NCBI GenBank assembly: GCA_017445085.1
Contig: JAFSUT010000099.1
Location: 1-52,427, forward strand
Length of the DNA stretch: 52,427 bases
Origin: Clostridia bacterium
GTDB taxonomy: Bacteria > Bacillota > Clostridia > Oscillospirales > CAG-272
Direction: 5' to 3'
Shown here: one piece after another, positions 35,839 to 44,410 of the stretch
Position numbering within the stretch: position 1 is the first letter of the stretch
Layout: every line of letters begins with the position of its first letter
Translations under genes and position numbers: made by a program
The notes under the pieces: model-generated
Databases searched by the model: none
Seen by the model: the letters and a program-made list of their open reading frames with translations, nothing else
Told to the model about the DNA's origin: nothing

Positions 35839-36498
35839 ATGACCACCCTGTACATCATCCGGCACGGATACAGCGTCGGCAACGCCGAGCAAAAGTTCTC
35901 CGGCCGCACGGATTTTCCCCTGACAGAGGAGGGGCGGGTGCAGGCAGAACGCACCGCCGCTTTTCTCAAAAGTACGCCGCTGGACGTTTTGGTGTCCAGC
36001 CCCCTTTGCCGCGCAAGAGAAACCGCCGCGCCGATCGCAAAAAGCCACGGTCTCGAAATTGTGACCGAACCCGACCTTGCCGAGATCTGCCTCGGCAAAC
36101 TGGACGGTATGCCCATCGCCGACGCCAAGGCGCTCTATCCCGAGGTGATGGCGACCTGGTATGACCGTCTGATCGACGCCGTCCTCCCCGACGGCGAAAG
36201 CGTCCGCGACTGCGCCGCGCGCGCCGTGCGCGTGCTGCACAAGATCCTCGATACCTACAAGGACAAACGCGTCTGCGTCGTTTCGCACGGCGCGCTCATC
36301 AAATTTATGTTTGCCCATATCAAGGGCATTCCGTTTGACGAAATGGACTCGGTCTCCTACGTCAACAACGCCTCGGTCAGCGCCTTTGTCTATGACGGTG
36401 AAAAATTTGAGATCCTCTATGAAAACAAGTGCGACCAGATGGGCGACCTCGTCACCGGCGTTCCACGGGCGTTGACTTCTTCCGCAGATACAGAATAA
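35839..36498 (+). CDS. histidine phosphatase family protein (phosphoglycerate-mutase-like)
   Basis: The internal start MTTLYIIRHGYSVGN (RHG motif) gives 219 aa, and a second His motif (VVSHGALI) is present. Confidence 0.85.
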   Translation: MTTLYIIRHGYSVGNAEQKFSGRTDFPLTEEGRVQAERTAAFLKSTPLDVLVSSPLCRARETAAPIAKSHGLEIVTEPDLAEICLGKLDGMPIADAKALYPEVMATWYDRLIDAVLPDGESVRDCAARAVRVLHKILDTYKDKRVCVVSHGALIKFMFAHIKGIPFDEMDSVSYVNNASVSAFVYDGEKFEILYENKCDQMGDLVTGVPRALTSSADTE

Positions 36499-36502
36499 AC
36501 CG

Positions 36503-36535
36503 GGGGCTGTAAAAAACAGAGTTTTTTACAGCCCC
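36503..36535. terminator. 33-bp palindromic terminator element, copy 1
   Basis: GGGGCTGTAAAAAAC-AGA-GTTTTTTACAGCCCC, a 15-bp stem. The identical 33-mer recurs at 50933-50965. Confidence 0.75.
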
Positions 36536-36589
36536 GGTTTAGGGGATAGGTCTTTTTTTGCGATCCGGACGTTTTTTACATTCCCTCTT

Positions 36590-37249
36590 TTATTTCTTTT
36601 TTTGCTTTGCCGCGCCCGTCCCGCGCCGCGGCTTTTCTCTGCCTTGCGCCTTTGCGGCGGCCCCGGCTTTGCCCACCGCGCGCGGCGCCTTGGTTTTCGC
36701 CGCCGAAAAGCCGAATTTGCCAAGCTTTTCGCCGAGGGCGAAATACTCCCCGTGGGCAAAGGCAAGCAGGCGCACGCGGTCAAGGCAGAGTTTGCCGCTC
36801 CCGTCTATGATCGCCTCGTCCGCGTCGGTCGCAAGGATATCCGCCAAAATCAAAACGTGCGTGCCGAGTTCCTGCATGGAGCTCACCTTGCATTCCAGCG
36901 CCAGCGGACACTCGGCGATCACGGGGGCGACGACCTGCGTCCCCGCCGTTTTGGTAAAGCCGCACTTTGCAAATTTGTCCACCTTGCGCCCCGTGTACAT
37001 CCCGCAATAGTCCACCGCGCGCGCCTGTGCCGCCGTAGTGATATGCAGGACAAACTCGCCGGTCTTTTCGATGAGCGTATAGGTATAGCGGCTCTTGCGC
37101 AGGGAAATATAGGTTTTCGGCGGCTTGGTGTTGACGATCCCCGTCCACGCCACCGTGCAAACGCCACTCGCCTCCGGTGTGCCGGCGGTGACCAGCGCCG
37201 CAGGCAGAGGCGCAAGCAGGGCGCCGCCCTTCCAGACTTGTTTTGACAT
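36590..37249 (-). CDS. flavin reductase-like (FMN-binding split-barrel) protein with Lys/Ala-rich C-terminal tail
   Basis: N-terminal 175 aa fit the flavin-reductase domain pattern (LPAALVTAG...CTVAWTGIVNTKPP...). The last ~40 aa are a basic low-complexity tail. Confidence 0.8.
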   Translation of the reverse strand: MSKQVWKGGALLAPLPAALVTAGTPEASGVCTVAWTGIVNTKPPKTYISLRKSRYTYTLIEKTGEFVLHITTAAQARAVDYCGMYTGRKVDKFAKCGFTKTAGTQVVAPVIAECPLALECKVSSMQELGTHVLILADILATDADEAIIDGSGKLCLDRVRLLAFAHGEYFALGEKLGKFGFSAAKTKAPRAVGKAGAAAKAQGREKPRRGTGAAKQKKK

Positions 37250-37372
37250 TTTTCTCTCCGAAATTTTCGTATGATAGAATCAAAATAAATTTTTTCTGTG
37301 TTCATCATACCATTTTTGTGGTAAAATAACAAGTAGGAACGATGCGTTTCAAAGAAAGGAAGTTGATTTTCC

Positions 37373-37789
37373 ATGTTTCGCAGATGGCTCGACCGCTATA
37401 ACCGTTTTATGTACGGTCGATACGGCGCCGACCCCCTCTTTTATACCATGCTCGTCGCCGCCTTTGTCCTTAATGTTTTCAATCGGCTGTTTTTTCGCTC
37501 GATTTTTGTGCTCGCGGCGGCGGACGTGATTTTCATCCTCGCCCTGCTCCGCTACTTTTCCAAAAACATCTACCGCCGGCGGGAGGAAAATCGCAAGTTT
37601 TGCGCCGCGTTTGCCGCGATAAAGCGCGAGTGGCAACTCTTCCGCGACCGCATCCGCGACCGCAAGGTCTGCCGCTATCGCAAGTGCAAGTACTGCCGCG
37701 CCATCCTGCGCCTGCCGACCGATAAGGGCAAGCACTCGGTCAACTGCCCCGCCTGCCATAAGCGCTTCGACGTGCATATCCGGTTTTGA
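37373..37789 (+). CDS. membrane protein with C-terminal zinc ribbon
   Basis: 138 aa. Two TM helices followed by CRYRKCKYCRAIL...CPACHKRF (4-Cys ribbon). Confidence 0.7.
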   Translation: MFRRWLDRYNRFMYGRYGADPLFYTMLVAAFVLNVFNRLFFRSIFVLAAADVIFILALLRYFSKNIYRRREENRKFCAAFAAIKREWQLFRDRIRDRKVCRYRKCKYCRAILRLPTDKGKHSVNCPACHKRFDVHIRF

Positions 37790-37797
37790 CGAACAAA

Positions 37798-37832
37798 TAA
37801 AGAGCAGAGGTTTTTACCTCTGCTCTTTTCAT
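37798..37832. terminator. bidirectional rho-independent terminator
   Basis: AGAGCAGAGG-TTTTTA-CCTCTGCTCT stem-loop flanked by an A-run and a T-run. Confidence 0.7.
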
Positions 37833-37833
37833 T

Positions 37834-37986
37834 TCAGCCGATGCTGTTCCAAATCTCCTGCCAGTTGACGGAGTTGCCGTTAACATCTCCAAGGTCAGGC
37901 GTCTCTTGCGTTTCTTCACTGGTGAGGATAAGGTCGCAAAGTGCAAGTTCCACAGACTTTGCCACAGGTTGTTCATATTGTTTCAT
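37834..37986 (-). CDS. unannotated 50-aa acidic ORF immediately downstream of the LRR gene
   Basis: Below the track's size cutoff. Manual translation gives MKQYEQPVAKSVELALCDLILTSEETQETPDLGDVNGNSVNWQEIWNSIG. AAGGAGG lies 10 nt upstream of the ATG, and the ORF ends just before the terminator. Confidence 0.35.
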   Translation of the reverse strand: MKQYEQPVAKSVELALCDLILTSEETQETPDLGDVNGNSVNWQEIWNSIG

Positions 37987-37989
37987 CAC

Positions 37990-39594
37990 TTAAAATCCTC
38001 CTTTGACAAGGGTTGCTTCATTCACGGTAAAACTTCCGAGCGTCTGTACACAGATATCGTTGACCCCTTTGAATTTGATAAACGACCATGCAAAAATCGG
38101 GGCGTCATACGCCGACGTCGGGATGTTGCAAAGGTCTGCGGCAAAGGTCTTGCCGTTTTCGATGCTCTGCGTGTATTTAACGGTGCCCACACCGACTTGC
38201 TCTGCGCCCGTCGTGGTCAACGCATTTGCCGTGAAGTAGGACAGCGGCACGATATAGGTGCCGAAGTATTCGATCTCGGGGTCACCCGCCGTGCTCGTCA
38301 CCCGCGTGACAAACCGCAGGTCGCCTTCCCCGTTGGTATATACGCCGGAAAGCGCAAGCGCGCTCACTTTGGGAATATCGTCATACTTGACGTCGCCGCA
38401 GCGCGTGCAGGAATAGCGCCCAACGCCGTTTTCGGTACAAGTCGGCGCTTTGGCAGTCAATGTCAGCACATAGTCGTGCGATGCAGGGATAATCTCCTCG
38501 ACCGCGTCGCCGCACATCAGGCAATTATATGTTCGACTTCCCGCCTCGGTGCATGTCGCGGGGATTTCTACGAGCGCGTCCCGATATGTCGCAGGGTGTG
38601 CACAAGTCGCAACCGCAAACGCCAGCCCGCATTCGTTTGCATACTCCTTTGTCGACGAACCCGATCGACCGTAGATGACGGCACTTTTCGGAAGGGGGAA
38701 GCTACCATCATTACCTATACCAGCGCAATGCGCGTTCCAAATCGTAATGCTCGTAAGGTTGTCGCAACCCGCGAATGCCCCACCCCCGATCTGCGTCACA
38801 GACGAGGGGATCTCGATACTCGTAAGTCCGCAAAATGCGAATGCTTCTATATCGATATACGTCACAGACGAGGGGATCTCAATGCTCGTAAGTCCGCTGC
38901 AACCCCTGAATGCCCACAGATCGATGCCCGTGCATTGACTCCCTTCGGCAAACGTTACGCTCGTAAGATTATAGCAACTCGCGAATGCCCCGGCTTCAAT
39001 GCCCGTCACCGAGGAGGGAATCTCGATGCTCGTCAGGCTACTGCAATAGTGGAATGCTTGTTCCCTGATGCTTGTCACCGAGGACGGAATCTCGATGCTC
39101 GTAAGTCCGCTGCAACCGTAGAATGCAACAAACCCGATGGTTGTCACAGACGACGGGATCGTACACGCGCTCTTTCCGCCCGGGCAACATAGCAAGGTGG
39201 TTTTATCTTTATTATACAGCACACCCTGTTCATCACTGCTGTAATTTGGATTAGCCGCATCTACCGTGATGCTCATAAGGCGGCTACAATAGATGAATGC
39301 TTCTTCGAATTCTTCTTCCCCCATGCTCGTCACAGTGGACGGGATTGTGATATTATCCAAGTAGCTGCACTCGTAGAATGCCAATTCCCCGATGCTCGTC
39401 ACCGGATAGCCCTCGATTTCGGCAGGGATAATCAGCGCACCAGAAGCTGTTTCGTTACAATCTGTAATGGTGACCTCTCCGTTTGAGACGGTATAGGTTA
39501 AATCGCCATACATCTCCGCCGAGATACACACAGTAAAGAGTATCACCGCAAGTAAAGCGAATAGAATATGTGTTAGTTTTGATTTTATTTTCAT
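37990..39594 (-). CDS. secreted BspA-type leucine-rich-repeat surface protein with Cys-rich repeats and a C-terminal domain of unknown function
   Basis: Signal peptide. About 10 repeats of IPSSVTSIGxxAFxGCSxLTSIEIP. Two CxxxxxGxxxYxCxxCG modules. Confidence 0.85.
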   Translation of the reverse strand: MKIKSKLTHILFALLAVILFTVCISAEMYGDLTYTVSNGEVTITDCNETASGALIIPAEIEGYPVTSIGELAFYECSYLDNITIPSTVTSMGEEEFEEAFIYCSRLMSITVDAANPNYSSDEQGVLYNKDKTTLLCCPGGKSACTIPSSVTTIGFVAFYGCSGLTSIEIPSSVTSIREQAFHYCSSLTSIEIPSSVTGIEAGAFASCYNLTSVTFAEGSQCTGIDLWAFRGCSGLTSIEIPSSVTYIDIEAFAFCGLTSIEIPSSVTQIGGGAFAGCDNLTSITIWNAHCAGIGNDGSFPLPKSAVIYGRSGSSTKEYANECGLAFAVATCAHPATYRDALVEIPATCTEAGSRTYNCLMCGDAVEEIIPASHDYVLTLTAKAPTCTENGVGRYSCTRCGDVKYDDIPKVSALALSGVYTNGEGDLRFVTRVTSTAGDPEIEYFGTYIVPLSYFTANALTTTGAEQVGVGTVKYTQSIENGKTFAADLCNIPTSAYDAPIFAWSFIKFKGVNDICVQTLGSFTVNEATLVKGGF

Positions 39595-40196
39595 TGTCTG
39601 TTCTCCAAAAGTTGTGTGTTATCTAAGGCGTTTTGAATCATATTAATCGTTTTATCATCAAGCATCGAACTGCTCATATCAGGGAATTTAATTTTATTAT
39701 TCAAACTGTTTATAATTTTTTGAGATAGATTGTATAATACCTCAATTAGTTTTATCATTGTGTTAATATCAAACTCGTAACTATCTTTATCAGGCACTAT
39801 TAGATATCGCCACGTCACCTGATTGCTGTTGGGAACATTTTCATCAGATGCTAAAAATCTTTCCAATGCATCCTTATCACAATTTAATGTTCCAATTTGG
39901 TTTTCAATCTCCTGCTTTCTGTCCTCACTTAAAAAATTGTATAGTTGTTTAAGACTATGGACAAAACAGAATTCCGCATTTTCGCTTTCGTCGTTTTCAG
40001 CACTATCATGTCCGGCAAGGAATTTCAAAAACAATTCCGCAGACAACGTCCCATTGACAATAATAGTGGAAAACTGATTGCAATCCGTGGAGAATTTATT
40101 AAGCCTATTGCACAATAAATATGTTACCTCCCTAAAAGCACATGCATTAAAAAACAGAATATAGATTTCTTCCTCCTTTGCAAATTGCCTACGCAT
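39591..40196 (-). CDS. hypothetical cytoplasmic all-alpha protein (very AT-rich gene)
   Basis: 201 aa with no signal peptide or TM helix. AGGAGG RBS, own promoter, and ATGA overlap with the LRR gene start. Confidence 0.7.
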   Translation of the reverse strand: MRRQFAKEEEIYILFFNACAFREVTYLLCNRLNKFSTDCNQFSTIIVNGTLSAELFLKFLAGHDSAENDESENAEFCFVHSLKQLYNFLSEDRKQEIENQIGTLNCDKDALERFLASDENVPNSNQVTWRYLIVPDKDSYEFDINTMIKLIEVLYNLSQKIINSLNNKIKFPDMSSSMLDDKTINMIQNALDNTQLLENRQ

Positions 40197-40260
40197 AAAA
40201 ACGCCTCCTGTCCTGTACTAAAATGTTCCAGTGCAATGAAATTCGCACTTCTTTAATAAT

Positions 40261-40289
40261 ATTTTAACCTATTTCAGGTTATTTGTCAA
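40261..40289 (-). promoter_or_regulatory. sigma-70-type promoter of the 201-aa/LRR operon, back to back with the XRE promoter
   Basis: Minus strand reads TTGACA (40284-40289), 17 nt, TAAAAT (40261-40266). The plus-strand TTGTCA (40283-40288) overlaps the same -35 hexamer. Confidence 0.55.
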
Positions 40290-40333
40290 TACCCTGTTTC
40301 AGATTAGATATACTGATTTTGAGGGGGGATGGT

Positions 40334-40546
40334 ATGTACAAGCGCATTCGCGACCTGCGGGAAGATCACGATCTGACGCAGACGCAACTCGCCAAAATCA
40401 TCGGTATGTCCCAGACGGGCTACTCCAAGTACGAAACGGGCGAAAACGACATTCCCACCGCCATTTTGATCAAACTTTCCGCCTACTACAACGTCAGCAT
40501 TGATTTTCTGCTGGGGCAGACCGACAATCCAAAACGGAACCTCTGA
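40334..40546 (+). CDS. XRE-family helix-turn-helix transcriptional regulator (70 aa)
   Basis: MYKRIRDLREDHDLTQTQLAKIIGMSQTGYSKYETGENDIPTAILIKLSAYYNVSIDFLLGQTD is a canonical Cro/CI HTH. GAGGGGGGA RBS. Confidence 0.85.
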   Translation: MYKRIRDLREDHDLTQTQLAKIIGMSQTGYSKYETGENDIPTAILIKLSAYYNVSIDFLLGQTDNPKRNL

Positions 40547-40585
40547 TAAATAAAAAGGCGCGGTGAATACCGTGCCTTTGGATGT

Positions 40586-40630
40586 AAAAAAACGCTGCAA
40601 TCTTATAGATTGCAGCGTTTTTTCTTTTTG
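40586..40630. terminator. bidirectional rho-independent terminator
   Basis: AACGCTGCAATCT-TAT-AGATTGCAGCGTT stem-loop flanked by an A-run and a T-run. Confidence 0.75.
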
Positions 40631-40644
40631 TTTTGTCTTTACGC

Positions 40645-41619
40645 TTACCGCTCCTCGCGGAAGTAGGAAAGTCCGAGGCTCTGCGGCGGCTGGGATTCAC
40701 GCTTTTCGCGAATGCTGGTGATGATCAGCACAAGGATGGTGACCACGTACGGCGTCATCTTAAAGAGTTCCTGCGCCGCGACGCCAAAGCCCGTGATATA
40801 GTTGTGAACGATATAGAGTCCGCCGAAGAGGAGCGAGCCGAGGACGGCGGAATTGGGGCGCCAAACCGCGAAAATAACGAGCGCGATGGCAAGCCAGCCG
40901 CGGTCGCCAAAGCCGTCGTTTGACCAGACGCCGACGTAATCGACGACGTAGTAGAGTCCGCCGAGCCCCGCGATCATACTGCCGATGCAGGTGGCGAGGT
41001 ACTTATAGCGGCTGACGTTGATGCCGTCGGCGTCAGCGGTGGCGGGGCTTTCCCCGACCGCACGCAGATGCAGTCCGACACGCGTGCGCTTCAAAATATA
41101 GGCGGCGACCAGGGCGATGAGAATGGCGAGATACACCATAAAGCCGTGGGAGAAAAAGATATCGCCGATGACGCCGAGGTTTTTGGCAAAGGGGAGCGAC
41201 GTCTTGAAAAACGCGCTGGTCTTCGGCAGGCTGACCGACGGGACTTCACTCTGTACAAGTCTTGTCAAACTGCCGCCGAAAAAGTTGCCGATGCCCACGC
41301 CAAACGTGGTGAGGGCAAGGCCGGTGACGTTTTGGTTGGCGCGCAGGGTGACCGTCAAAAAAGAATAGATGAGCCCCATGAGGAGCGAGCCGACCAGCGA
41401 GCAGAGAAACGGGATCAGGACAGCGAGAAACGGGTTCATCGCGGGCGAAAAATGCTCATAGAAGAACGCGCCGATAACGCCGCTGATGCCGCCGACGTAC
41501 ATAATGCCAGGGATGCCGAGGTTGAGGTTGCCCGATTTTTCGGTGATGATCTCCCCCGTGGAGCCGTAAAGGAGCGGAATGCCCTGCATGATCGCGCGTT
41601 GTAAAAAAGCAGCAAACAT
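40645..41619 (-). CDS. ABC transporter permease (BMP/nucleoside type, NupQ/RnsD-like)
   Basis: 324-aa polytopic protein. Fourth gene of the BMP-ATPase-permease-permease operon. Confidence 0.85.
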   Translation of the reverse strand: MFAAFLQRAIMQGIPLLYGSTGEIITEKSGNLNLGIPGIMYVGGISGVIGAFFYEHFSPAMNPFLAVLIPFLCSLVGSLLMGLIYSFLTVTLRANQNVTGLALTTFGVGIGNFFGGSLTRLVQSEVPSVSLPKTSAFFKTSLPFAKNLGVIGDIFFSHGFMVYLAILIALVAAYILKRTRVGLHLRAVGESPATADADGINVSRYKYLATCIGSMIAGLGGLYYVVDYVGVWSNDGFGDRGWLAIALVIFAVWRPNSAVLGSLLFGGLYIVHNYITGFGVAAQELFKMTPYVVTILVLIITSIREKRESQPPQSLGLSYFREER

Positions 41620-42713
41620 TATTTACTCTCCTCTCTGCGTCCGGTGCGTTTGATTTGATAGTTGATGAAGAACTCACAACCGATGATGAAGAAAATGATG
41701 ATGCCCGTGATAATATCCGAGAAGGACTCGTTGAGCCCCATATCCGTGGCGACCTGTCCGGCGCCGCGCTGCAAAAATACGATCAGGAGTGAGGTGAGGA
41801 TCATCGAAAACGGATTGAACTTGGCAAGCCAGGAAACCATAATTGCGGTAAAGCCGCGCCCCGCCACCGTATTGCTGTCGATGGTGTGGTCGGTGCCGGC
41901 AACCAGCAAAAAGCCCGCAAGTCCGCAGAGCGCGCCCGACAGGATCATCGTGCGGATAATGACCTTTTTGACGTTGATACCGATGTAACGCGCGGTATTT
42001 TCACTCTCGCCGACGACCGAGAGTTCATAGCCGTGCTTGGAATATTTGAGATAAACAAAGATGATGACGGTCACGGCGAGGACGACCAGGATATTGATGA
42101 GATACTTTTGACCGAACAGCGCCGGGAGCCAGCCGATCTGCGATTTTTGATTGATGATGCCGATCTTGCCGGAGCCCGCGGGCACCGCCCAGATGTAGGT
42201 GAAGTAACTGACGATCTGAATGGCGATATAGTTCATCATCAGGGTAAAGAGGGTCTCGTTTGTCCCCCATTTCGCCTTGAACACGGCGGGGACGAGCCCC
42301 CAGATCGCGCCTGCCAGCATACTGCCGCAGAGCATCACCAAAATAAGGAGCCAGGACGGCATCGCACCCTCCAGCTTCAGCATACAGGTCGCCGCGACAA
42401 GACCGCCGATGAGCGCCTGCCCCTCGGCGCCGATGTTCCAAAAGCGCATCTTGAACGCGGGGGTGACGGCAAGCGAAACGCAGAGCAGGATCGCTATGCC
42501 TTGCGCAAGGTTCCAGATGTAGCGGGCGTTCTTAAACGAGCCCTTCCACATCGTTTGATAAATTTCGATCGGATTGGTTTTTGTGAGCAGGTAGGAAACA
42601 AGACCGCTGACCACAAGGGCAAACAGTACGGCGACGATGCGGATCAGCCACGCCTTCCAAAAGTCCATGCGGCGGCGCTTGGCAATATGAAACAACGGTT
42701 CACGCATTTTCAT
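41619..42713 (-). CDS. ABC transporter permease (BMP/nucleoside type, NupP/RnsC-like)
   Basis: 364-aa polytopic protein. Overlaps the neighbouring genes. Confidence 0.85.
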   Translation of the reverse strand: MKMREPLFHIAKRRRMDFWKAWLIRIVAVLFALVVSGLVSYLLTKTNPIEIYQTMWKGSFKNARYIWNLAQGIAILLCVSLAVTPAFKMRFWNIGAEGQALIGGLVAATCMLKLEGAMPSWLLILVMLCGSMLAGAIWGLVPAVFKAKWGTNETLFTLMMNYIAIQIVSYFTYIWAVPAGSGKIGIINQKSQIGWLPALFGQKYLINILVVLAVTVIIFVYLKYSKHGYELSVVGESENTARYIGINVKKVIIRTMILSGALCGLAGFLLVAGTDHTIDSNTVAGRGFTAIMVSWLAKFNPFSMILTSLLIVFLQRGAGQVATDMGLNESFSDIITGIIIFFIIGCEFFINYQIKRTGRREESK

Positions 42714-44247
42714 TTGCGGTTTCCTCCTCCCTGTGTACGGATTTTGTCATGAGGAAGCCGATTTCCTCTTTGGTCGCCGTGCGGCCGTCCACAAGTCCCG
42801 TGACCTGCCCCGAGCCGATGACGAGAATGCGGTCGCAAAGTTCGATCAAAACGTCGAGGTCTTCGCCGACAAAAATGACGGCGACGCCTTTTTCTTTTTG
42901 TTCGTTGAGCAGATTGTAGATCATATACGAGGAGTTGATATCCAGTCCGCGTACCGGGTACGCCGCCATCAGCACGGTCGGCGCGGCGGCGATCTCTCTG
43001 CCGACCAGCACCTTTTGCACGTTGCCGCCCGAGAGGTTGCGCACCGGCGTCGTCACGCCGGGGGTGACGACCTCAAGTTGTTCAATGATCGTTTCTGCAA
43101 GGTCGCGCGGCGCTTTTCTGTGCAAAAACGCGCCCTTGCCGCGGCGATAACTGCGGAGCATCATATTATCGGTGATGTCCATATTGCCGACAAGTCCCAT
43201 CCCGAGACGATCCTCGGGGACGAACGAAAGGCGGACGCCGAGTTCACGGATCTGCATCGGCGTTTTGTCGCGCAGATTTTCGATCGCATCGCTTTTCGGA
43301 TCGTGATACAGGATCTCGCCGTCGGTAATATGCTGGAGCCCCGCGATGGCTTCAAGCAGTTCGCGCTGGCCGCTGCCCGCGATGCCCGCGATGCCGAGGA
43401 TCTCGCCCGAGCGCGCGGTAAAGTTGACGTTGTCCAGCACCTTGACGCCCTCACGGTCATGGCAATCGAGCCCGTGAACTTCCAGCCGCACCTGCGGGTC
43501 TTTCGGCATACTGCGCTCGATGTTGAGCATCACCTTTTTACCGACCATCATTTCGGTCAGTTCGCTCTCGTTTGTATCTTTGGTGGTGACCGTACCGATG
43601 TACTTTCCCTTGCAAAGCACCGACACGCGGTCGGACAGGGCAAGCACCTCGTGCAGTTTGTGCGTGATGATGATGATGGATTTGCCGCCCTGCCGCATTT
43701 TGCGGAGGACTGCAAAGAGTTTTTGCGTTTCCTGCGGGGTGAGCACGGCGGTCGGCTCGTCGAGGATCAGGATATCGGCGCCGCGGTAGAGTACTTTGAT
43801 GATCTCCACCGTCTGCTTTTCGGATACCGACATCTCGTAGATCTTTTTGTCGGGGTCGATCTCAAAGCCGTAGCGACTGCTGATCTGTCGTACTTTCTCC
43901 GCCGCTTTTTTCAGGTTGAATCGCTCGCCGTCCTCCAGCCCCAGCACGATGTTTTCGGTGGCGGTGAAGACGTCGACCAGTTTGAAGTGCTGGTGGATCA
44001 TCCCGATCTTATAGTCAAACGCATCTTTCGGCGAGCGGATGCAAACTTCCTTGCCGTCGATGAAAATTTGCCCTTTATCGGGGAAGTAGATCCCCGCGAT
44101 CATATTCATCAGTGTGGTTTTGCCCGACCCGTTTTCCCCGAGAATCGAAAGGATCTCTCCGCGGTTGACGGTCAGGTTGACGTCGTCGTTGGCAACGATC
44201 GTACCAAACACTTTGGTGATGCCTCTCAGTTCAATAGCGGCGCTCAA
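42700..44247 (-). CDS. ABC transporter ATP-binding protein with duplicated ATPase domains (sugar/nucleoside type)
   Basis: 515 aa. Walker A GENGSGKTT, signature SVSEKQ, Walker B ILILDEPT. A second degenerate NBD carries LSGGNVQK. Confidence 0.9.
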   Translation of the reverse strand: MSAAIELRGITKVFGTIVANDDVNLTVNRGEILSILGENGSGKTTLMNMIAGIYFPDKGQIFIDGKEVCIRSPKDAFDYKIGMIHQHFKLVDVFTATENIVLGLEDGERFNLKKAAEKVRQISSRYGFEIDPDKKIYEMSVSEKQTVEIIKVLYRGADILILDEPTAVLTPQETQKLFAVLRKMRQGGKSIIIITHKLHEVLALSDRVSVLCKGKYIGTVTTKDTNESELTEMMVGKKVMLNIERSMPKDPQVRLEVHGLDCHDREGVKVLDNVNFTARSGEILGIAGIAGSGQRELLEAIAGLQHITDGEILYHDPKSDAIENLRDKTPMQIRELGVRLSFVPEDRLGMGLVGNMDITDNMMLRSYRRGKGAFLHRKAPRDLAETIIEQLEVVTPGVTTPVRNLSGGNVQKVLVGREIAAAPTVLMAAYPVRGLDINSSYMIYNLLNEQKEKGVAVIFVGEDLDVLIELCDRILVIGSGQVTGLVDGRTATKEEIGFLMTKSVHREEETANENA

Positions 44248-44410
44248 ATCTCTACCCCCGTTTTTCTTTGTTTTCTATCTCCCCGGTGCATTTTGAAAAA
44301 CGAAATGCGCTCGGGAGGTAAAAAACGTCATCTTTTTGTAAAAAAATATGGATTAGAACAAGTGTAGGCGGGGAAAAATTCCCCGCCTTATGCACTTTGT
44401 TCAGTATAAA

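Noticed and set aside
37740-37976. 78-aa track ORF downstream of the LRR gene.
   Set aside because: It has basic, low-complexity composition and no RBS, and it overlaps the terminator and the end of the convergent gene. A different frame with a strong RBS (37834-37986) is more plausible.
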